Position numbers and translations under genes: made by a program. Shown here in pieces: positions 45,949 to 52,205 of a DNA stretch of 52,205 nt. The stretch is taken from NCBI GenBank assembly GCA_963991165.1, contig CAXDOW010000001.1, positions 1 to 52,205 on the forward strand, read 5' to 3'. The notes beneath the pieces were generated by a model. It ran no database searches. It was not told the origin of the DNA and was given only the letters and a program-made list of their open reading frames with translations. The stretch comes from an uncultured Flavobacteriales bacterium. Lineage in GTDB: Bacteria; Bacteroidota; Bacteroidia; Flavobacteriales; UBA7312. Numbering within the stretch: the first letter of the stretch is position 1; every line of letters begins with the position of its first letter.

Positions 45949-48224
45949 TTTTGAACGGTAATCTTTAGGTACTGGTTTTCTATCTTCAATAAATAAAGTC
46001 CATTGTTGAGTTGTAGATTAAATTCAAATGTATTAATCCCTTGTTCTAACTTCAATTGACCTGTTTCAATTACCTTTCCTTGAATATCGGATAGTTCGAA
46101 CGGTGTGTTATTGGTTGCATTTGTTTTGATCTCTAAGTGAAACGTTCCATTACTTGGATTGGGATAAATACTGTACGAAGAAAACGAATTAAATTCATCC
46201 ATCGAAGTCGATGTACAAACGTATTCACACGCAACTAATGAATTATACGTTCCTGTTCCATCCATAGGGTCGACACAGGCCTCATTGACACAATTAAAAG
46301 AAGCTTCTACTGTTGGTATTTCGCTCATTCTCATGTGAAATTCTTGATAAAATTGATTGGCAATATTAGCATCATGAATAATGATGGTATTTTCATCATT
46401 GTTCGTTTCTGCTGCAGTAGACCAGTTGTGTGAACCTGTAACAACAAGTGGGTCAGAATTAGTATTTGCCTGGTCAATGATGCAATATTTGTGATGAAAT
46501 TGATTACCAAAACCCTGGTGAGACAGCACATTAACACCCAAGTTACCTAGGTATTCGAATTCAGAACCTTGTGTGTTAATATTTTCTATAATACCGTCTA
46601 CCTGAACACCTAGATTGAATTGGTCCTCAATGGCCCATGCTAATTCATTTTTTGTAAACACTAAGAGTCCAAAATCAATATCATGATTGGCTGTACTTAT
46701 TGCATTAGCAATTCTGTAAGTTGTTAGATCGCTAGGAGAGAAGTAAATTTCCACGTGTTTACCGCCAACTGTAAAGTGATGAGGAGTATTATTAGTTTTC
46801 TCGTTACCGAATTTGGCGTTTAGTGAGTCAGGCAAATCACTATTGGAACCCCACATCTCTTCAAATTCCATCTCATAAGTTCTAGCTACTGATTGATCTT
46901 GAATCATGACTAGATTATTAGGATCATTAAATAGTTGATTACTTGTCCAGTTGGTTGATCCCGTGATGACCCAACAGCTATCTGCGATGTTGGCATCTAT
47001 AATTACAAATTTGTTGTGCATAATGCCGTTTTCTTCTGGTCTTTCTAAGGTAGGAATGGAATCATTTAAGTCGTCTAAGGACATTGTAGCGGTAGAGGCA
47101 CAGGTAATGTATCTTACTTTCACTCCTCTTTCATAGGCGTCATTTATAGCATTAGTAATCATATTATCTGAATGATTATAGATAGCAATATCAAGAGTAT
47201 GATTTGCTTTGTCAATGTATGCTTTTATAGTATCGTTGGTGTAAACACCAGATTGTTGAGCGTATTCAATAGTAGCTACAGATGTATCTACAGAAGAATT
47301 AAAACACACTCTTATTTCACCTGAAGAAGTTGATATGGTTGCGAAAGGAACCATGGGAGAAAAGGTGGTGTCATTACCGTTGTTTGAAAACCCTTGAATG
47401 TAATAAATGGTGCCTGGTTCCAAATTGTTTAAACTAACGTAGTGATCGGTAGAATTTGAGCCGTCTAAATCATTTATTGTGCCTAATTCAAGGTTTGGTG
47501 TTAGGCCATAGCTCAAGTTGGTAGATCCTTCTAAGCTGGTATTCCAAGAAATATCAAAACCATTGGTGCTAACATTGGTTTGAACCATAGGAGTAGAAAA
47601 ACAAATGCCTTCGGAAAAGTTAAAATCATCCATATCTCGAATAAGTAACTGATATCCATCAAAACCTGTAAATGAGTATTGCGAAACAATAGCTTTCATA
47701 GTACTCGGGCAAGATGGAATAGTTTCGCCTTCCAAATCAGAATTGGCTTTTACATAAATGATTCCTGATTGACCATTAGCACTAAAATTATGAGTGCCAA
47801 TACTAAACTCTTCACCAGGATTCTCAAAAAGAACATCATAAATTCGGACAAACTCTGATTCTGTTTCTTCTCCAATTTCTAATGGAGAGATGGTGGTTGC
47901 ATTAACATTATTGCCACTACTATGAATTACTAAATTACTTGCGGGTTGAATTTCTAATAATCCGTTGTAATCAATGAGTGTTCCAGTAACCGAGATACTA
48001 TCCCCTCTATTAACACCCTCCATCACTTCAGGATCGTATATAGCAATACCTGCTGTACCGTCTTCAATGTATCTGATAGGACTACCCAATTCGTCGCCAT
48101 TAGTAACGATACCTGTAACAGTAACCACCGATTGAAGTGGTTGTTGTCTTGCTGTGGCGATGTCTTGTGCTATCATTTGCATATGACAAGCTATGCAGAC
48201 TATCGAAAAAATAATTGCTTTCAT
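45945..48224 (-). CDS. secreted phospholipase D / Nuc-like superfamily protein with two HKD motifs, N-terminal OB-fold-like module and type A T9SS C-terminal domain
   Basis: 759 aa. HKD1 is HNKFVIIDAN...GSTNW (about 46948-47018) and HKD2 is HHKYCIIDQA...GSHNW (about 46422-46497). The N-terminus VVTVTGIVTNGDE...GIAIYD...GDSISVTGTLIDYNGLLEI resembles OB-folds of secreted nucleases. The C-terminus YSIYPNPSNGTFHLEI...GLYLLKIEN is a T9SS CTD. Confidence 0.85.
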   Translation of the reverse strand: MKAIIFSIVCIACHMQMIAQDIATARQQPLQSVVTVTGIVTNGDELGSPIRYIEDGTAGIAIYDPEVMEGVNRGDSISVTGTLIDYNGLLEIQPASNLVIHSSGNNVNATTISPLEIGEETESEFVRIYDVLFENPGEEFSIGTHNFSANGQSGIIYVKANSDLEGETIPSCPSTMKAIVSQYSFTGFDGYQLLIRDMDDFNFSEGICFSTPMVQTNVSTNGFDISWNTSLEGSTNLSYGLTPNLELGTINDLDGSNSTDHYVSLNNLEPGTIYYIQGFSNNGNDTTFSPMVPFATISTSSGEIRVCFNSSVDTSVATIEYAQQSGVYTNDTIKAYIDKANHTLDIAIYNHSDNMITNAINDAYERGVKVRYITCASTATMSLDDLNDSIPTLERPEENGIMHNKFVIIDANIADSCWVITGSTNWTSNQLFNDPNNLVMIQDQSVARTYEMEFEEMWGSNSDLPDSLNAKFGNEKTNNTPHHFTVGGKHVEIYFSPSDLTTYRIANAISTANHDIDFGLLVFTKNELAWAIEDQFNLGVQVDGIIENINTQGSEFEYLGNLGVNVLSHQGFGNQFHHKYCIIDQANTNSDPLVVTGSHNWSTAAETNNDENTIIIHDANIANQFYQEFHMRMSEIPTVEASFNCVNEACVDPMDGTGTYNSLVACEYVCTSTSMDEFNSFSSYSIYPNPSNGTFHLEIKTNATNNTPFELSDIQGKVIETGQLKLEQGINTFEFNLQLNNGLYLLKIENQYLKITVQN

Positions 48225-48235
48225 AAAAAAATATG

Positions 48236-51058
48236 TTAAAAGGTTAGTTTAGCGGATAAGTTTATACGACGACCCATGCCGAAAAATACACCAGCTGATT
48301 TAGCGTCAAAGTCGGTATAATTTGCGTTGTAGGGGTCGTTGTTTTGAGCGTCAGAAATATAAACCTCATTGAGGGCATTTAAAATGCTCATACGAAAATC
48401 TATCTTTGTTTTCTTGTTGAGTTTTAGAGTATATCCAGCATGAAAATCGACTAGCTGATAAGCGGGTATTTTCCATGATTCACGACCTGCATTTGCGCCA
48501 TCTAAAGACAAGGGGTCAAAGTCTGAGTAGTAATCATCAAAATGAGTCCCTCTGACTTTGAGATAAATAGCGTTGGTCGGTTCGTATCGTACACTTAATC
48601 CGAATTGGGTTTGTGCAGCATCTCCAACATGAACGCCAACGGCATCAAACGATTCGATGACCTCATTGCCAAAGTCGTCAATGACAGGGTTATTATCATC
48701 ATCATAAAAACGAACACTGTCTTTAGATTGCCAGGTCCAATCGCCGAGTGACATTAGTCCTTCGACGGTAATTTTATCATTGAGTCGATAAGCCAAATCC
48801 ATTTCGATACCTTTGTGTAAAGCGTCCATTCCATTAATATTGGCTTTAACAGGTTCGTCATCAACTAAAATGGAAACACCACCATTTGAGGGCTTATTTT
48901 CCCAGCGTGTGTAATAGGCATTCAAATTGGCCGATAAAGCGGAAGATCTGTACGAATAGCCCCCTTCTGCGGCTTTTACGATTTCATTTTCAATTTCTCG
49001 ATAGAGGTTGTTGGAATAATCATAAATATTGTTGAATCGAGGGGCTTTGGAAATGTAACCAACATTGAAAAATACATTATGGTTTAAATCAATATTATAA
49101 TTGGCCCCTGTTTTAAACGTGTATCCTCTTATCCACTTCCAAGATGTCTCGGCACGTTTTGCTTGGGGAGAATTCATAGTGTAGGCCACACCATTATGGA
49201 AAATGGTATCTTCAGCCATAGATTTAATGGCACTTATGATAGCCCCATTTTCATCGTACACGACTTCAGTTACAACAGAGGTTCCTAAGGCTTCAACGTA
49301 GGTTGTGTCATCTAACACTAAGTCTTTCTTTTTAAAAAAATCGATTCGCTTGTAGGCAGAATTAGAACCCGAAATATTTAAAAATGCACTGAGCTTGCCA
49401 TCGCTATACTCAGCTTGAGAGAAAACACCTGACCATTTTACGATACCATCGTTGTGATACCTTATTTTGTCGCCTACTCGTTTTATTTGCGTGGCTTGTT
49501 GTTTGTTATCTTCATCCACCACATAATCACCTCCTAATAAATCATAAACTTCTCTATAATGTTCTCCTTTGTAGTATCTTAGGTCAATTCCACCAGAAAA
49601 GGTAAACAAGTCATTCATTTGGTAGTTGGTGGTTGACAATGCCCCATACCAAAAATGATTATTGATAGAGCTCAGTAAAAAATTATCAGAAGCTAATTCT
49701 GAATTACTATAAAGTGGATTGATATTAGTATGGTTGAAATCGTAGGCCTCCTGAAAATTATACTGCCCATTTTCGTCATAATTATCAGAGTTGCCGCTTA
49801 TATTAGTGCCACCACCATTTCCGATGGAGGCGTAAGCAATATTTGAGAGGTATAATTTTTCGTTTACGACCCAAAAATCCCTAAGGGAGAATTGGGGTTT
49901 GTGGTAGTAGTTTTTCTTGGCGTTTAATAATTCATCATTTCTGATTTTAATAGTACTATCTGAGTTAAATTCCCAACGATTAAGATAGCCCCAGTGTTTA
50001 TTATAGTTAATACCTTTGTTGTTGATGTCCCCGAACAATGTGTCGCTGATACCTAAATCGGTGGCATAATCTGTTGAGTAAGTGGCAATATCACTCTTGT
50101 ATGAACGCTGGCCGTGTTGTTGTGGAGCACCTAGAGCAGATAAGCTGAGGGTGTGTTTGCCAAGAGTTTTTTGTACTTTGGCATAATAGAAAAACCCTTC
50201 ACTAAAAGTTTTATCAACAAAGCCCTTCCCTCTTTTATATGAAGCGGCTAGCGTCACTCCCCAGCCGTTGTTCAATTTACCTGAGTTGTATCCTAGAGAA
50301 GTTCTCAACTTTCCGTAAGAATCTACTTCTTGTTTTACACTACCACCTTTACGGCTTTCTATTCCTTTAGTTAGCAAATTCATAGTTCCTCCAACAGATG
50401 GAATGGCAATTTTTGAGGCGCCTAAACCTCGCTGCACTTGTATATTGCTTGTGACGGCGTCAAGCCCAAACCAATTTGACCAATATACCCAACCATTTTC
50501 CATATCATTGACTGGAATACCATCAATCATCACCGCCACATTTCGCTGATTAAAGCCACGAATAGTGATTCGAGCATCGCCATCGCCACCCCCTTGTTGT
50601 GTGGCATACACTCCAGGGGTTGAATTCAGAACCATTGGTATGTCTTGGGAAGCTAATTCTTCATCAATTTTTTTGAGCGGTACGGTCGAAAAAGCGACGG
50701 GGGTTTTTCGATCAATAGCCACATCGGCTACCACTTGAACTTCATTTAAAACAAGCGTATTTAGTCGTATGTCTAATTGAACAGGTTTTCCTGTCAATGA
50801 AAGCGTTTTAGTAAACTTTTCATAGCCCACGTAAGAAACGGATAGGTTAATTTCTTTGGATTCAGAAACAAATGAAAAATTACCGTCAAAGTCCGTTACT
50901 ATTCCTTTGCCCTCAAAGACGATGGTGGCCCCAATAAGGGGGTCGTTAGTAGTGTTATCGAACACTGTACCATTAACCTTTGTCTGGGAATACCCTTGAA
51001 GGGAAAGAAAAAAGCAAAAAACAAGAAAACGTAAAAAAAATTGAATATAACTTGTCAA
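48236..51058 (-). CDS. TonB-dependent receptor with N-terminal carboxypeptidase-regulatory-like domain
   Basis: 940 aa. Signal peptide FFLRFLVFCFFLSLQGYSQ, CarboxypepD_reg-like VNGTVFDNTTNDPLIGATIVFEG, plug, and a barrel ending GRRINLSAKLTF. TTG 51058 is the only canonical start upstream of the signal peptide. There is no SusD-like neighbour. Confidence 0.88.
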   Translation of the reverse strand: MTSYIQFFLRFLVFCFFLSLQGYSQTKVNGTVFDNTTNDPLIGATIVFEGKGIVTDFDGNFSFVSESKEINLSVSYVGYEKFTKTLSLTGKPVQLDIRLNTLVLNEVQVVADVAIDRKTPVAFSTVPLKKIDEELASQDIPMVLNSTPGVYATQQGGGDGDARITIRGFNQRNVAVMIDGIPVNDMENGWVYWSNWFGLDAVTSNIQVQRGLGASKIAIPSVGGTMNLLTKGIESRKGGSVKQEVDSYGKLRTSLGYNSGKLNNGWGVTLAASYKRGKGFVDKTFSEGFFYYAKVQKTLGKHTLSLSALGAPQQHGQRSYKSDIATYSTDYATDLGISDTLFGDINNKGINYNKHWGYLNRWEFNSDSTIKIRNDELLNAKKNYYHKPQFSLRDFWVVNEKLYLSNIAYASIGNGGGTNISGNSDNYDENGQYNFQEAYDFNHTNINPLYSNSELASDNFLLSSINNHFWYGALSTTNYQMNDLFTFSGGIDLRYYKGEHYREVYDLLGGDYVVDEDNKQQATQIKRVGDKIRYHNDGIVKWSGVFSQAEYSDGKLSAFLNISGSNSAYKRIDFFKKKDLVLDDTTYVEALGTSVVTEVVYDENGAIISAIKSMAEDTIFHNGVAYTMNSPQAKRAETSWKWIRGYTFKTGANYNIDLNHNVFFNVGYISKAPRFNNIYDYSNNLYREIENEIVKAAEGGYSYRSSALSANLNAYYTRWENKPSNGGVSILVDDEPVKANINGMDALHKGIEMDLAYRLNDKITVEGLMSLGDWTWQSKDSVRFYDDDNNPVIDDFGNEVIESFDAVGVHVGDAAQTQFGLSVRYEPTNAIYLKVRGTHFDDYYSDFDPLSLDGANAGRESWKIPAYQLVDFHAGYTLKLNKKTKIDFRMSILNALNEVYISDAQNNDPYNANYTDFDAKSAGVFFGMGRRINLSAKLTF

Positions 51059-51078
51059 AACAGAAATAGCAATGAGCT

Positions 51079-51993
51079 TTATTTAATAATGAATGTGGTA
51101 GAATGAGCGATATTGTTTTCATCCAATACATTAATGATATAAAGCCCCTTAGCTAAACCATTTGTTCTAATTGTTGCTTGTTTATTTGACAATTTATAAT
51201 CAGCATTCATTTGTTGTCCGAGCAAATTAGTCAGCGTCAAGTCTAAAATATTGAAATTTGTAGAAAGGTTAAAAGATTGTCCTTCACCTACAGGGTTTGG
51301 ATATGCAATAAAACTAGATTCTTTAGATAAACTCGCGATAGCCGAAATTGAATTGCAATCACAGGTGTGAGCTCCTAATTCAGTCCATGTATTAATTGAT
51401 AATGAGTCCCACTCGGAGGTTGCGTCAAACAAAATTGGACTTGAAGTCACTCCTTTTAAAACAGTTGATTTTCTAACAAGGGTATGATTTTTGGTCCACC
51501 ATGTACCACCATTAGCATCAGTAAATCCGGCAGTCACATCATCCGTCCACCCATCGCCAGGATCTTCACCAATTTTACCAATCAAGTCAATGATAGTACC
51601 ATTCTTTGAAAGTGCAATGGCATCATTTCCGTTCATGTATAGTGGAGAAGGATATCCAGGTGACCATTGATTGGCCATGTTGTAAAGTTCTAATTCTATA
51701 TAACCAAATTGATTGGAGGTGTCAGTATCCCCATTGGTAACAATCCAAACGTCATAGGGATTAATTGTACCTGATAAATCCATATCATCTGTCACGGAGC
51801 TACTTCCATTGGAATAGCGTTCGATTTTATATCCGCTTAAGTCAATTGCTTCAGATGTTGGATTGTATATTTCGATCGCTTTGTTATTTGATGAACCTTC
51901 CACATATTCTGAAATGAAAAGATCTGAGCAATCTTGAGAAAATAAAGAGGTACCTAAAAAAAGTAAAATGAATGTAATTATCGAAAATTTCAT
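51079..51993 (-). CDS. secreted lamin-tail-domain (LTD) protein with type A T9SS C-terminal domain
   Basis: Signal peptide MKFSIITFILLFLGTSLFSQ, LTD signature LFISEYVEGSSNNKAIEIYNPTSEAIDLSGY, and C-terminal AYPNPVGEGQSFNL...GLYIINVLD...FIIK sorting domain. ATG 51993 is preferred over the track's TTG 52026, which overlaps a -7 box. Confidence 0.85.
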   Translation of the reverse strand: MKFSIITFILLFLGTSLFSQDCSDLFISEYVEGSSNNKAIEIYNPTSEAIDLSGYKIERYSNGSSSVTDDMDLSGTINPYDVWIVTNGDTDTSNQFGYIELELYNMANQWSPGYPSPLYMNGNDAIALSKNGTIIDLIGKIGEDPGDGWTDDVTAGFTDANGGTWWTKNHTLVRKSTVLKGVTSSPILFDATSEWDSLSINTWTELGAHTCDCNSISAIASLSKESSFIAYPNPVGEGQSFNLSTNFNILDLTLTNLLGQQMNADYKLSNKQATIRTNGLAKGLYIINVLDENNIAHSTTFIIK

Positions 51994-52023
51994 AAGTATG
52001 TTGTTGTTAAGATTTATTGAAAC

Positions 52024-52031
52024 CAAAAGTA
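52024..52031 (-). promoter_or_regulatory. -7 box candidate (TACTTTTG) for the LTD-TBDR-PLD cluster
   Basis: Matches TAnnTTTG, 30 nt upstream of ATG 51993. Confidence 0.45.
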
Positions 52032-52069
52032 ATCTAAAATTACAAATTTCACATTATTGTTTTGTAAAT

Positions 52070-52101
52070 AATTAATGCGATTAATTAACATTGCATTAAT
52101 T
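52070..52101. promoter_or_regulatory. 9-bp perfect inverted repeat (candidate operator) in a divergent intergenic region
   Basis: AATTAATGC (52070-52078), a 14-nt spacer, then GCATTAATT (52093-52101). It lies about 40 nt upstream of the LTD-cluster -7 box and about 70 nt upstream of the plus-strand ATG 52174. Confidence 0.35.
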
Positions 52102-52173
52102 TCTGAGTGTTTTTCAAATACACTAAAACATCATCGATAATTTAACTACATTTACAATTGAAAATACTAAATT

Positions 52174-52205
52174 ATGTCTGATTCTTTAGTTATCATTCCA
52201 ACATA
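52174..52205 (+). CDS. possible 5' end of a family 2 glycosyltransferase (polyprenol-phosphate glycosyltransferase-like), truncated by the window edge
   Basis: ATG TCT GAT TCT TTA GTT ATC ATT CCA ACA TA gives MSDSLVIIPT(Y), which resembles the GT2 N-terminal IIPTYNE motif. Only 10 codons are visible. Confidence 0.35.
   Translation, partial: MSDSLVIIPT

Noticed and set aside
51059-51078. Looked for a riboswitch or leader upstream of either TonB-dependent receptor (for example a cobalamin element)
   Set aside because: The upstream spacers are only 20 nt (this receptor) and 39 nt (13263-13301), too short for any known riboswitch.
1-52205. Looked for CRISPR arrays, IS elements or transposases, integrases, phage genes, toxin-antitoxin pairs and known defence-system genes
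   Set aside because: I saw no direct-repeat/spacer array, no terminal inverted repeats flanking an ORF, and no ORF with recombinase, nuclease-helicase or other defence-type motifs. Every long ORF has a housekeeping or envelope assignment.

Overview
This is a compact, AT-rich chromosomal segment that looks like Bacteroidota, of the Flavobacteriales type. Three things support that: T9SS C-terminal sorting domains, TAnnTTTG -7 promoter boxes, and the conserved block pdxJ / CBS-Omp85-nadK-DUF6089-uppS-bamA-ompH-ompH-murI. I count about 50 protein genes and one tRNA-Ser(GGA), and almost all of them are housekeeping. They cover translation (rplM-rpsI-rpsB-tsf, pyrH, frr, rluF, dusB), central metabolism (sucAB, gdhA, kbl, ansA, pdxJ, nadK), envelope biogenesis (kdsB, a GT9 transferase, uppS, bamA, skp-like ompH x2, murI), an ExbB-ExbD-ExbD module, two TonB-dependent receptors, an MMPL/RND exporter, rfbA and dprA. 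I found no CRISPR array, IS element, integrase, phage gene, toxin-antitoxin pair or recognisable defence system, so most of the window is ordinary core genome. The best candidate for an undescribed system is the three-gene minus-strand cluster at 45945-52026. It encodes a T9SS-secreted lamin-tail-domain protein, a TonB-dependent receptor, and a T9SS-secreted dual-HKD PLD/Nuc-like enzyme with a nuclease-type OB-fold. I read it as a possible surface capture, cleavage and import locus for extracellular nucleic acid or another phosphodiester polymer; this is inference only. The second notable point is seen directly in the sequence: an outer-membrane beta-barrel-like gene is split by an A10/T10 homopolymer at 34235-34244, right after a start codon that overlaps the nifU stop. 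That could be phase variation, transcriptional slippage, a pseudogene or an assembly error. Smaller observations are -7 boxes very close to start codons, four convergent gene pairs that overlap at their stops, a 9-bp perfect inverted repeat upstream of the LTD cluster, and a few hairpins. Several ORF-track starts were moved to downstream ATGs where a signal peptide, known N-termini or a -7 box supported the change.
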